A stretch of 63,763 nt of DNA, filler included, from Octopus bimaculoides (GCF_001194135.2; 5 parts of 5 records of this genome joined end to end with filler, not necessarily neighbours in it); one strand, 5' to 3'; positions 39,606 through 52,893 are shown, counted from the first letter of the whole stretch. Made by a program: numbers and translations. The notes: generated by a model from the sequence alone, not told the origin.

Positions 39606-40527
39606 ATTGGTTCTTCTTCTCAATAGACCTTTTTTCCTGGTTCTTGCTCTAATATTCACCACACCTTCCCTTCTCCTAACCCATCTCTACCTCTCTTTGC
39701 TTCTGCACTTCTGCTCACGTATACAAGCAAGCAGACGCACACAAACACGCACACACCTAACAATCACTTACACACACACACACTCTTTCGTCTTTCTATA
39801 TTTCTATTGCCCTAGCTTTCTCTTCTTTTTAAAGTCCATTTCTATCACTCTCGCATTTGTGCTGCCATTCACCTTTATAAACACTCATTCCCCCACACAT
39901 TCTCTCCCTCTTACAAAACCCGCCCCACCTTTCCAATGTATTGTTTTATTTGTTCCGAACAATTTCCCAAAATATACTTTTAGTTTAAATTTACATTTTA
40001 TGGTAAGACTTGTAGCTTCAAATGACGACTAATTGATTCACAAGCTTTCATATTTCTCTCTTGTTTGTGCCCACAATAACGTACACATACATATACATAT
40101 TATACAAACACATCTGATACAAATATGCACTCACACGCACTCACGCATTCACACATGCACACAAATATATACGCACATGTATGCATACGTGTATTCATGC
40201 GTACTTCACGAATATATATATGTTTAACGTATATATGTACGCATATCAATTTGCATACATGTACGCACAAACATGTATATGTGTTTTTGTCTCTGTGTGT
40301 TTTTGTGTATGAGCCTGAGTGTCTGAGTGTGTATATGTATTTGCGTGTGTGAGTATGTATGTGTGTGTGTACGTATGTATGTGTGTGTGTGAAATACTTT
40401 TCAGTCTTTTACATCTTTTGTGCATATATTTTTCATTTTATTTTAATTCTATTGTTTTTAGTTATTGTAATATTTAATATACGTTTTGTATTTCATGGTT
40501 AATTCTTGATTCATGATTTTCACAACA

Positions 40528-40528
<1 letters not shown>

Positions 40529-40595
<67 letters not shown>

Positions 40596-40738
40596 ATAGT
40601 AGCAGCAGTAGTAGTAGTTGTAGTAGCAGCAATAGTAGTAGTAGCAGCAGTAGTAGTTGTAGCAGCAGTAGTAATAGTAGCAGAAGCAGCGACAGTAGTA
40701 GTAGTAGTAGGAGTAGTAGTAGTAGCAGAAACAGCAAC

Positions 40739-40791
<53 letters not shown>
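40529..40791. repeat. (TAG)n array interrupted by CAG/CAA
   Basis: Direct reading. Confidence 0.95.
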
Positions 40792-40793
<2 letters not shown>

Positions 40794-41377
40794 TCTACTG
40801 TTGTTGGTGTTCGTGATAGTGGAAGTCACCCTCTATCAGGTCTGAGTGCACTGTTGTTATAAACCAGACATGGATAACTTTTTCCGAGAAGCGGGCCAGG
40901 TGGGCAGCTCTGTTAAAAATACCCTTTGGGAGACACTTTCAGAATGCCTCTTGGGATACATTTTGCTAATGACTGTTATATATAGTGGTGATGCAGATAC
41001 AGATTGTTGTTGGAGTCAGTGGCTTTGGTACAACGGATTACGTTGTTTTTATTGATGCTGTACTCGATCAGTATTGAGTACAATCAGCTGTGAGACCGCA
41101 TGGCGAAGTGGTTAGCGCATTGCACTCACGTGATCGTGAAATCCTGTTTCAATTTCTGGAGTAGGTGGTGCGCCGTGTTTTTGAGCAACGCGTTTAATCT
41201 CAGGTTGTTCTGCAATCACGTGTGGTAAACCATACACACACCTGTTCAGGTAACGCCGATTTGATGGAGAAAGTGAGCTAGAGTACAGCACATATATTTA
41301 ATCGCTATAAATCAGTAGTCCTCGTAAGATTTTGCTGTTAAAATTTACGTGCAATAAATAGGTTATACGTCTACATG

Positions 41378-41755
41378 TGTGTTGGCACTCCGTCACTTAC
41401 GACGTCGAGGGTTCCAGTTGATCCGATCAACAGAACAGCCTACTCGTGAAATTAACGTGAAAGTGGCTGAGCACTCCACAGACACGTGTACCCTTAACGT
41501 AGTTCTTGAGGATATCCAGCGTGACACAGTGTGACAAGGCTGACCCTTTGAATTACAGGCACAACAGAAACAGGAAGTAAGAGAATGTTGTGGTGAAAGT
41601 GTACAACAGGGTTCACCACCATCCCTTGCCGGAGCCTCGTGGAGTTTTAGGTGTTTTTCGCTCGATAAACACTCACAACGCCCGGTCTGGGAATCGAAAC
41701 GGCGACCCTATGACCGCGAGTCCGCTGCCCTAACCACTGGACCATTGCGCCTCCA
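41378..41755 (-). mobile_element. tRNA-head SINE family C (full length)
   Basis: Minus strand ggcgcaatggtccagtggttagggcagcggactcgcgg...tcgattcccagaccgggcg...caactggaaccctcgacgtcgtaagtgacggagtgcc. Related heads or tails at about 19270(-), 22266, 27745, 30457, 41095, 59134 and 61851. Confidence 0.85.
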
Positions 41756-42223
41756 CATATGCGTCTACAATACGCAAAATATTTCAACAATTTTTTAAAC
41801 GCGGTTCCTAATAATATTTTATTATAAAAATATAACGGGACTTTTTTTTAAATATAGAAAGTTTATTAGGGTCCAGGAGAGTAAAATGGGAATATAAAGG
41901 GGCCCATGGGCAAAATATAGTTGAGAACAACTGCTGCAAACGAATCATTTATGCAGATTGTTTAGCAAGAAATTGCAGAACCCTCTTTTTCGGACTACGA
42001 GAGACTACCATCGTCATTATATGCTGCTGGCTATCGGCCGAACAAGGTGGCACACATCACAGATCCATATTACTGAATTAGTTCAATGCTTCATCAAGCT
42101 GAAGACAATTCTGCACACTACGACATGCAGTAAAAATTTATACGGTTGCTTATACACAGTCTTGATATATTACGCTTTTTGTACTGCTCAGTCTGTTCTT
42201 GTACGTTGTATAATATCCTGTAG

Positions 42224-42238
42224 ATCCTGGTGGTGGTG
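42224..42238 (+). CDS. Candidate 15-nt micro-exon
   Basis: cctgtag|ATCCTGGTGGTGGTG|gtaagt, within an island of non-repeat sequence. Open in all frames. Confidence 0.25.
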
Positions 42239-43723
42239 GTAAGTTAGGAAGGACACAGAGCTCTCGATCACAGCACGACACTTATTGTTCTTCCGTATTT
42301 ATTACCGACGTGTGTCTCCCAGAGTAGTGTCTGTAGTTATTGAAGCTATTCGATTTTACATCTATTTGAGCTTGTATGGGTTTCTTATATTACATGACCG
42401 GAATGCGATAGTGTTTTTAGAATGTTGTTGCGGAATATATGAATGGCTGTTCAAGAGCGGTGTTTTTTTTTTTTCTATTGTGGAAATATGCAGTAAGATC
42501 ACTTCAATTTGCTGCGTTAGCAAACGGTTCTTTACGCATGTCTAAGTGTTTTCTTTGATTTTTAATGTTTACTTTGTCTTGTGTGTGACTTTAGTCAATA
42601 TGGATTCTGTTATGTGAAGCGTGATGTTTTGTTTTCGTTGGATTCTGTCGTGATTTGGTGTGTGGAATTTGTAACTGAGGCAGAACTATAATTATTTGCA
42701 CAATATTGTGATTGTTGATTCTGACAGCTACACCTGGCAGCTGTGATTACTCTGTGTGTCCATCGCGTTGATTTCTTTAACCTATTCTTTTATTCTTTTA
42801 TTCTTCTACTTGTTTCAGTCGTTTTACTGCGGCCATGCCGGAGCACGGCCTTAAAGGGTAGATAGAAGTCAAAGAAATCAACCTCAGGATTTGTTCTCTA
42901 GTACTTATTCTATCGGTCTCTTTTGCCGAACAGCTAATTAACCGGGATGTAAACACATCAACATCGGTTGACGAGCGATGGCGATANNNNNNNNNNNNNN
43001 NNNNNNNNNNNNNNNNNNNNNNNNNNNNNNNNNNNNNNNNNNNNNNNNNNNNNNNNNNNNNNNNNNNNNNNNNNNNNNNNNNNNNNNNNNNNNNNNNNNN
43101 NNNNNNNNNNNNNNNNNNNNNNNNNNNNNNNNNNNNNNNNNNNNNNNNNNNNNNNNNNNNNNNNNNNNNNNNNNNNNNNNNNNNNNNNNNNNNNNNNNNN
43201 NNNNNNNNNNNNNNNNNNNNNNNNNNNNNNNNNNNNNNNNNNNNNNNNNNNNNNNNNNNNNNNNNNNNNNNNNNNNNNNNNNNNNNNNNNNNNNNNNNNN
43301 NNNNNNNNNNNNNNNNNNNNNNNNNNNNNNNNNNNNNNNNNNNNNNNNNNNNNNNNNNNNNNNNNNNNNNNNNNNNNNNNNNNNNNNNNNNNNNNNNNNN
43401 NNNNNNNNNNNNNNNNNNNNNNNNNNNNNNNNNNNNNNNNNNNNNNNNNNNNNNNNNNNNNNNNNNNNNNNNNNNNNNNNNNNNNNNNNNNNNNNNNNNN
43501 NNNNNNNNNNNNNNNNNNNNNNNNNNNNNNNNNNNNNNNNNNNNNNNNNNNNNNNNNNNNNNNNNNNNNNNNNNNNNNNNNNNNNNNNNNNNNNNNNNNN
43601 NNNNNNNNNNNNNNNNNNNNNNNNNNNNNNNNNNNNNNNNNNNNNNNNNNNNNNNNNNNNNNNNNNNNNNNNNNNNNNNNNNNNNNNNNNNNNNNNNNNN
43701 NNNNNNNNNTATATATATATATA

Positions 43724-43925
43724 TATGAGGTTGTAGCAAAAGGTTTCCGGAAAGTTTAGTAGCGCGCCAACAGATGACAGCACACGGTTATGTGCGCAGT
43801 GAGAACTTGCAGTGACCTGGATGAAGCAGTGTACCGAGTGATATCGTTGTGTTTGCTTTGCAAGTTCCTAAATTTGTGTTTTTGTGATCATGTGTATGCT
43901 GTCGTCTGTGATTTTGTCTAAAGAG
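43724..43925 (+). mobile_element. Mariner-type terminal fragment
   Basis: Begins TA-TGAGGTTGTAGCAAAAGGTTTCCGGAA then GCGCGCCAACAGATGACAGCAC, similar to mariner TIR/subterminal sequence. Confidence 0.5.
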
Positions 43926-44723
43926 CCAATGTGACTTGGAATCACGTGTTTGGGAAGCAAACTTCCCATCACTCAGCTACACTTGCGTCAATGTCGTTGT
44001 TGCGACCGCTGTGGAAGTGTTGCATGCGACGTGGGTCATCCGTCACGGTTGATGCTAACCTGAGGGCGCCAATGCATAGACATACGGTCATGGGTGGGAG
44101 ACGAAACTCCAGGGGTACCCCCAGGTGGCCCACTTTCTGAGTACTCCACTGATTGCATGTAATATTTCGTACTTGTTTCATTTACGTATGTGGTATATCT
44201 CGTTGCTGAGGCTGATGGTGAGTCATATTTGTTATCTTATCGTATTTGGTAATTTATTAGATGCCATTTAAATACAGTTGTTGTGTAACCACGTCTCTAG
44301 ATAATTATAGCAGCATCGAAGTAGTTGTGCACCAGGGTTTTGAGGAACCTCAGGACGCGATAGTAATCTCAATTAAAATGAAACTCTATGCTTTGTAGTG
44401 ACGTCGGAAAGTCATATATAGTGATATCAAAGTTACTGACATAAAGAGTCTTTAGAAGTATTACATTGGAGGGTGATGGGCCTCGATGCCATTAATTCAT
44501 TTAGGAATTTTGTTGGGTTTTAGAATTGTTATACTTTCACATAGCCGTCACATTCTGGGAATTTGCCAGTATTGGTAAGATTAATTATAGATAATAATAT
44601 AAACACAGGCGTCCAGGCGGCTTCCTTTAGTCATTATAATAAAGATATGTAAAATGTGCGTGTCTCTCCCCATGTGTTTGTATGCACTGATTATGTGTGC
44701 GGATGTGGATGTGTATGGTTGTG

Positions 44724-44771
<48 letters not shown>

Positions 44772-45043
44772 CATATACATACATATGCTTGTTAATATGT
44801 ATGGAACAAACCCTCACCAAAACGAGAAACCAATAAAGAAGCATTACTTTAATCTGACTTAGAATCCATATGAAGGACAAAAACGAAATATTAACGTATG
44901 GCTAATATAAACGACGAAATCAACGTAAACTAAGGAACTAAGAAACCCTAAAAGTACTCAATAAGATTATTAATTTCAATGAAGGACAACTTATATGCAT
45001 GTATAAATGTGTTTGTGTGAATATATGTATACATATGTATATG

Positions 45044-45121
<78 letters not shown>

Positions 45122-45399
45122 GCTGTGTTGTAAGAAACTTGCTTCCGAAGCATGTTATTCTGGGTTCAGTCCCACTGCATGACACCTTCGGCAAGTATTA
45201 CCTATTATAGTCTCGGTCCGTCGAAAACCTTGTGAGAAGATCTGGCAGACGAAAACTGAAAGAAGCCCGTCGTATATATTTATAAGCAAAGCAAAAAATG
45301 GAACAAGAATGTACAGGCAACAACAAAACATTCAGACAGTTAGACAGTACAAAAAAGGACAGGAAAAAAAAACAAGGATGGGTCATTCGGAACTTCCTA

Positions 45400-45472
45400 T
45401 CCTCAGTCGAGTACCAGATCGTCTTTGCAGTTTCGGTCGGTTACTCTTGAGACTGCTCTAATCTGGCCGGCC
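45400..45472 (-). ncRNA. Candidate rearranged hammerhead ribozyme, second sequence family
   Basis: Minus strand reads GGCCGG-CCAGAT-taga-GCAGT-C^-TCAAGAGTA-a-CCGACC-GAAA-CTGC-aaagacg-ATCTGG-TACTCGA-CTGAGGA. The element order and four helices match 8533-8604, with different helix sequences. Confidence 0.65.
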
Positions 45473-45923
45473 ACAGGAAAATCTAAGCTAAGAGCACTAG
45501 ATTCTTTGGAAGAAAGCAGGCGAATGTATACGCAAACAAGGACGAAAAAAACGAAGAAATGGTATATATATATATGATATAAACCCAGTTTGAAATGATT
45601 CACCAAAAAGGAAAATGATAATTGTCACTAAATGTGACTGGGATGTTAGCAAACACCTACATTGCTAGAAATAAGAGCTAAAGTGCTCTAATGCTGTAGT
45701 TAATGCACATGAATGAAAACATAAACAACAATTGAGGCCTTAATTGTCCGAAAAATGCCGATCGGGAATTCCTAATGCTGACGTCAGTTTCGGCAATTTC
45801 CGTTGCCTCATCGTTGTTCGGCTTTTTTCGGACCTACCTCGCTATTAGTATGTGTATTCAAAGTCTGGAACCATTCAATATCTACATACACACAGCACAG
45901 GACGAAAAAAATCAGATTAGACG

Positions 45924-45966
<43 letters not shown>

Positions 45967-46005
45967 AATACAAACATCAATAGTATACATATATACCTTG
46001 TGTGT

Positions 46006-46072
<67 letters not shown>

Positions 46073-46916
46073 TGTCTGTCTATCTATCCGTCTCTGTCTG
46101 ACAACATTTTGAAAGGTGTCTATTCCAAATTTGTAAATGTTGCTAATTATTCTAAATATGCTTTTATTGTTAATTTTAAGTCCGGTACAAACTTTCGCCA
46201 GTTTTCGCTATTTTTTTGTTGATGATTATTTTTATTGATTTTTCGATTATTTTATTTATATTTAGAGTGCAGAGAATTTTAAGGAAGTAGCAGCAGTAGC
46301 AGCAACCGCCTCATTATTCTTCCTCCTACTGATCCTCCTCCTCCACACCATCATCATCATCATCGTCAACGTTATTTTAATCGTTATCATTATCATCATC
46401 ACTATCATTAGTATCGTCGTCATCATTGTACCACTTATTAACAACATCATAAATCATCAATGAGATAATTATTCCAATCATCATCATCATCATCATCATC
46501 ATCAACAACTGAAAACTTCACAGTTGCCATTAATATCTGTAATACCGTTACTACTACCAGCACCAGCACCACCACCACTACCACCGCCACTAGAATCACC
46601 ATCACCACCAACAACCCCACCACCACCATCACCATCACCACCACCATCCCCTCCTCCTCCTCCTCTTCCCCCTCCTCCTCCTCTTCCCCCTCCTCCTCCN
46701 NNNNNNNNNNNNNNNNNNNNNNNNNNNNNNNNNNNNNNNNNNNNNNNNNNNNNNNNNNNNNNNNNNNNNNNNNNNNNNNNNNNNNNNNNNNNNNNNNNNN
46801 NNNNNNNNNNNNNNNNNNNNNNNNNNNNNNNNNNNNNNNNNNNNNNNNNNNNNNNNNNNNNNNNNNNNNNNNNNNNNNNNNNNNNNNNNNNNNNNNNNNN
46901 NNNNNNNNNNNNCACC

Positions 46917-46950
<34 letters not shown>

Positions 46951-47448
46951 CTATTAATATCACTAGTTCTACCTAATCGCCACCACAAGCAACAATGCCG
47001 CAGCTGCCAAAACAACCACCACCACCACCACCACCACCACCTCCACCACCACCACCACTGCCGCTACCATCATAATCATCATCATCATCATTATCATACA
47101 GTTTTGGGTATTTTCCTAGGAAGGGGTGTGGCTTTCTCCGTGACCTTTACATCTCTCCTCTGACTGAAGCGGTGAATGTTGCTACACTCATTTGCAACAA
47201 ATTATATGTCAATATCTGTAGAAACATTTGGGTAGGGAAGGAATTGAACCAGGCTGCAGTTCTCGGTTACAGGGATCGTGGGAAGTATTTAATACGGATA
47301 TTTAAGGGGTGTGACAGCGTAAGAGTAAAAGGAATTGTTGTGTTACCCGAGACCAAGCAGATGCATAATAGTCAACCATCGGCGAAACGTGACACATTCA
47401 TACTCACACATACACATAAATACAAACATAAATACACAGCACACACAA

Positions 47449-47481
<33 letters not shown>

Positions 47482-49357
47482 CACATATATCAATAACAGT
47501 TTGACTCAGCCCCATAGGACTCAATATTTTGTGGGCGCTTAGGAGGAATACATCCGACGTCTTATGACATGGATTCCTCGTATAACGTCAGACAATTTTA
47601 AGTCATATGGAATCGAGTCAAACGCAGTAATTAAAAATATAATAATTGAATGCTTCTTTCTTTCGTTTTCCTGTCACTCCTCTACCTACCTACCTACTTA
47701 CCTACCTACCTACCTACCTACCTACCTACCTATCTACAGATCTATCTATCTATCTATCTATTTATTTGTCTACTAATAAAAGTGAAGTTCAATCTTGCTT
47801 ACTTGCTTGCAATGTTACACAGCCAAATTGGCGCATAATAGGAGCATACTATGTATTAAGTGACCACTGAAAAGTTAATACGAACAGAATAAAACAAGCT
47901 TCGCATAAATCGGAACAGTAGTTATTGAGATATTCGGGGTTTAAGAGTATAAGTACCAAAAATGGTGCATAATGGGAAAATGTTCCGAATATAACTTCAT
48001 CCGAAAAGGGAAGAAACTCCAATCTTTCGATAAGACACAGTGACTTGTCAACGAAAATATACGATTTGTTTTTTTACAGTAAATGTTTCTATTTTCGCTT
48101 TTGTTAAATACAATATTTTAATCAGTTAGAAATATTTTTAAGTAAATGTGATTTCAAAAATGTAAGTTGTTTGTACAGTAAGTATTTATATTTTAGCTTT
48201 CCTTAAACAAACAATATTTTAATGTCTTTTAAAATTATTTTCCGTGAATACCATTACAAAATAATTTTGGCATATTTAAAAAAATATTTTAAAGTGAAAA
48301 CGATTTTGTGAAATATTTTTTTTCCATCGGGTTTTTCATGTGCATTCAACGTATCTCACCTCCAAAGATTTGGCTGCTATTTCTAGCATGTACTGCTACC
48401 ACGTAACAGCTATTTGCGATAAAGGATCCAAAATACCTGTTACGTTGTTACGTGGTAGCCGGGTATGCAAGAAATAGCAACCAAATCTTTACTTATGTGG
48501 GGAAAGGAGCCGTTTACGCGTGATTTCGTTGTCACATTCGTGGAAAAGAAAACAACCCCACGAAATCTCCGTTGCTGGGAAACTTAGACTTTCCTGGTGA
48601 CTCAACTCGTCACAGGTAGCTTAGTCAGTCTGTTTGTCTGTCTGTCTATCTATCTATGTATCTATCTATCTACTTATACATGCATTTATATAAATAAGGA
48701 TAAGATCGATATTTAAAATATTGATTTTATCAAGTGGCCAACATGGGAATAAAAACCATCAAAGGTAACAATTATTTAAAATTATAATATAGGGTATCTA
48801 AGAGATACCCTATATTATAATTTTAAATACTTATACATGCATGTATGTATGTGTATATGTATGCATAGTTCTGTTAATATAAATAAGAAATATGAAATTC
48901 ATAACGTGAATATATATGGGCAACTGTTTCGCGTGCTCAGGTTACGTTCCTTTCATCCCTAAACCAATAGTCACTAGGAGAAGCGGTCGTAGAGAAGGTA
49001 AAGGTACCCTCCCCCCACACATATATATAAAACCTGTGTGTGTGTGTATCAATCGTATATATATATATATATATATATACTATATATAAAACAGAGATGT
49101 GTGTGTAATCGCTTTTCACGTGAAATCGACTTCACCAAATGCTTCCATACTTGTAATGCATGAATAATTTGACCTCGGATAAATCTTAGGCTCTTCATTT
49201 GATTTTTTAAATTAAAAATAAATAATATTGCTTTATATTTAAGATTCACTTCTTAAAAAGGTTGCTCAATGTCAACTTCCGGTATTGACGTAACAACCGC
49301 AAAAAGCTTCACTTTCTATCTTGTGTGTTCGTGTGTGTGTTCGTGTGNNNNNNNNNN

Positions 49358-49394
<37 letters not shown>

Positions 49395-50515
49395 AATACT
49401 ACATACACACCGCTCTCGCACTGTCTCACACACATACACACGCACACACACACACACCTTGACTCACTCACACTCTGTCTCTTACAAACACACACATACA
49501 TAAATGTATACAAACATATTCACAAACACACACGTGTGCATGCGCGCGCGTGCGTGTTTGTAAGATACATAGTGTGAGTGAGTCAAGGGCTGTGTTGTCA
49601 TATACATACATCCAAAGATGTATGTATATTTATGCATGTACATATACATGACAACAGACCTCTGTCTCTCACTCACACTCTGTCTCTTACAAACACACAC
49701 ATACATAAATGTATACAAACATATTCACAAACACACACGTGTGCATGCGCGCGCGTGCGTGTTTGTAAGATACATAGTGTGAGTGAGTCANNNNNNNNNN
49801 NNNNNNNNNNNNNNNNNNNNNNNNNNNNNNNNNNNNNNNNNNNNNNNNNNNNNNNNNNNNNNNNNNNNNNNNNNNNNNNNNNNNNNNNNNNNNNNNNNNN
49901 NNNNNNNNNNNNNNNNNNNNNNNNNNNNNNNNNNNNNNNNNNNNNNNNNNNNNNNNNNNNNNNNNNNNNNNNNNNNNNNNNNNNNNNNNNNNNNNNNNNN
50001 NNNNNNNNNNNNNNNNNNNNNNNNNNNNNNNNNNNNNNNNNNNNNNNNNNNNNNNNNNNNNNNNNNNNNNNNNNNNNNNNNNNNNNNNNNNNNNNNNNNN
50101 NNNNNNNNNNNNNNNNNNNNNNNNNNNNNNNNNNNNNNNNNNNNNNNNNNNNNNNNNNNNNNNNNNNNNNNNNNNNNNNNNNNNNNNNNNNNNNNNNNNN
50201 NNNNNNNNNNNNNNNNNNNNNNNNNNNNNNNNNNNNNNNNNNNNNNNNNNNNNNNNNNNNNNNNNNNNNNNNNNNNNNNNNNNNNNNNNNNNNNNNNNNN
50301 NNNNNNNNNNNNNNNNNNNNNNNNNNNNNNNNNNNNNNNNNNNNNNNNNNNNNNNNNNNNNNNNNNNNNNNNNNNNNNNNNNNNNNNNNNNNNNNNNNNN
50401 NNNNNNNNNNNNNNNNNNNNNNNNNNNNNNNNNNNNNNNNNNNNNNNNNNNNNNNNNNNNNNNNNNNNNNNNNNNNNNNNNNNNNNNNNNNNNNNNNNNN
50501 NNNNNNNNNNNNATA

Positions 50516-52584
50516 TATGAGGGGATACCCAAAAGAAACCGGAATTTTGCAATGTTGTTAGGTTGTTCCGATTTCAGAAACATAATTTTATTGTGGAAAA
50601 ATTAACAATAGAAATGTTTTTATTAGTCAAAGTATGAGCTGTGAACATTTATGCATCTCTGCCATCGATCAACGAGATTATTTATGCCTTGTTGATAAAA
50701 ACTCATTGGCTTTGATGCTAAGAAATTTTTGAAAGCTGATTACACCTCTAGTTTGAACATGAAAGTTTTATCACTTAAAAACGTGTTTAAATGCTTTAAA
50801 AAATGGTAGTCAGTGAGTGAAAGAAACAGAGAATATGCAGGATATGGTAAAGTCTCGTATCCCAAGTCTGTGAGATTCTGCAGCGTCATTCTTGCAACAT
50901 GTGGCTTTGCATCTTCTTGGAGGAGAATTGGACCATTCCGATTCACCAATGCGGGTCTCATTTGTTGCAAGCGAGCATGCATTTCAGCGAGTTGATTACG
51001 GAAACCTCTGCTGTAATGCTCTGATTGGCTTCCAGAAAGCTGTAATGGACAACAGCAATTGTAGACCTCCAGACAGTCACCATAATCTTTTGCTGATGCA
51101 AATTTGGCTTTGGGAAATGTTTGGGGGACTCATCACGATCAGGCCATTGACCTGTTCAGTTACGGTTACCATAAAGGATCCACTTTTCGTCACACGTGAC
51201 TATTCGGTCAAGGAAAGGATCATTGGTGTTTCGCAGAAAGAGCATCGAACGCACTTCAAACCTCTGAACATTTTGATTTTCATTGAGCGTATGCGGTACC
51301 CATTTATCGATCTGTTTCACCTTACCAATCTTCTGCAGATTGCGTGAGACCGTTGCAATACCGACACCAAGTGCCCGAGATATTTCTCTAACACTTTGAT
51401 GTGGGTTTGTTCAACAATTGCTTTTAACTGTTCATTGTCAAGAGTGCATGACCGTCTTCTACCTTTTTCATCTTCAAGGCTCTCATTATTGCAGAATTTC
51501 TGAAACCACCTTTGTACTGTGTGATCACGTGTGGACCCCTCTTCCCATGCTCTGTTGATATTGGCTGCAGTTTGGGAGGCATTGTGCCCAAACTTGAACT
51601 CATGCAAGAAAAGTAAGCGAAGGTCCTTTTTTGTCTGTTCATACATGACTATGCTTCAAGAATTATTTTCTGTCTGAAATAAGTAGAAAATTATTAAAGA
51701 ACATACATCAATTACTAAGTATGTCGAAATTCACCAAAAATATAATTAAAATACTATGATAAAATTGCGTTTCGCAACACAGCAATTAGAGCAGTCATTA
51801 TTTTCAGAACAATCTAATATTTTATTTACATGTTAACTCTTTTATTGCCTTCCAAGTATTCTCCATTTGAAGCCATGCATCATTCCAGGGGCGTTTTCCA
51901 CTGTTCGAAGCAATCTTGTAACTGCTACGAAGTAATGCCTTTTTTCTTAACCTCTTCCACATCTGCAAATTCCGTAGCATTAGCTTTCGTCACCAGTGAT
52001 GACCTTCGAAAAAAAAGTTCGGATCAGCTTCCAACTGTTCTTACAGTTCACGTCACACATTCAGTCGTGACTACTTTTCGGTGGTATGAACTCCAGGATA
52101 CACCAGTCATATTAACAAGTTCGTCAATTGTTCGGTGACGGTCCTCCAAGATCAGTTCACGAACTTTTTATGTTTTCATTCGGTCAGGATGTCGACAGTC
52201 GTCCTGAACGTGGTTGATCTTCAAGCGACAAGTGGCCATTTCTAAATCTTGCAAGCCACTTGTAAACTTGTGTTTTGCTTATGGTAGCGTCCTTGTCAGC
52301 TGTTTGAAGTATGACAACTGTTTTGGCAGCCGTTTTCCCCAGCAGAAAACAAAATGTAACAGAAGCCCGCTGTTCCTTCGTTTCAGCCATCGCAAAAAGC
52401 GACGAATAAGGGAAAATCACTGCAAACAAAAACACAGCACGTAGCAGTATAACCGCAGCGTACGACGCCTGTCGGCAAACTGTTCCCTGGGGGTTGGGGA
52501 GTTGCATCAAGTAGCTTCTTGCGGCCTAAGCCCGAACAACGATAGGCTTGTCTCACAGAGAACGTTTCCGGTTACTTTTGAGTA
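50516..52584 (-). mobile_element. Outer, internally deleted mariner (different subfamily) hosting the Hsmar1-like copy
   Basis: 51830-52390 encodes MAETKEQRASVTFCFLLGKTAA..KTQVYKWLARFRNG..LEDQPRSGR..KVITGDES..QWKT....GEYLEG. TIR-like ends are gaggggatacccaaaagaaaccggaa (50519) and ttccggttacttttgagta (52566). Confidence 0.85.
50558..51817 (-). mobile_element. Near full-length mariner (Hsmar1/cecropia-like) with frameshifted transposase pseudogene (CDS about 51646-50623)
   Basis: Joined frames give KKDLRLLFLHEFKFGHNA..TVQRWFQKF..KIGKVKQIDKWVPHTL..FLDRIVTCDEKWIL..KHFPKPNLHQQKIMVTVW..RPALVNRNGPILLQEDAKPH..TDYHFLKHL..RWQRCI..SYFD-stop. Imperfect TIRs ttaggttgttcc / cagaacaatctaa+TA. Length is 1260 bp. 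Confidence 0.93.
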
Positions 52585-52893
52585 GAAATTCTAGGAACTT
52601 CCTAATAAGTAAGCCACAATAGAATAAGATATGTATTTTCTGTATGTTATTACCTCATTTGTTAATTTCGAATTGGAACTTCTAATCCTACCAAATATTA
52701 TGAAGAAATGACTACATAATAATGAGTTTTATATTTCCTGTTTATTTTAACAGACCTATACATACATGCATACATACATACACACATACATACATCCATA
52801 TATACATACATACATACATCCCTGCATACATACATACATACATACATACATACATACACACATACATGCATGCATGCATAGATAGATAAATAA

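Noticed and set aside
39319-40032. 237-aa gap-free ORF
   Set aside because: Its core is (TCTA)n (YLSI repeats) plus pyrimidine-rich low complexity.
40458-40862. Poly-Tyr, poly-Leu and poly-Val ORFs
   Set aside because: These are translations of a (TAG)n microsatellite, with no splice or homology support.
41700-41755. tRNA-like sequences with A and B boxes (also 24450, 32170, 59140, 61855)
   Set aside because: They are SINE heads continuing into repeat bodies, with no complete cloverleaf.
45375-45400. CCGAATGACC tail resembling the J4/2-P2 end of an HDV-like ribozyme
   Set aside because: No upstream P2 partner or P1/P3 arrangement could be found. The hammerhead parse explains the region better.
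46502-47015. Proline-rich and glycine-rich ORFs resembling extensin or formin
   Set aside because: A (CAC)/(CCT)/(CAT) simple-repeat tract spanning a gap.
50892-51347. 151-aa plus-strand ORF
   Set aside because: It is the antisense shadow of the mariner transposase.
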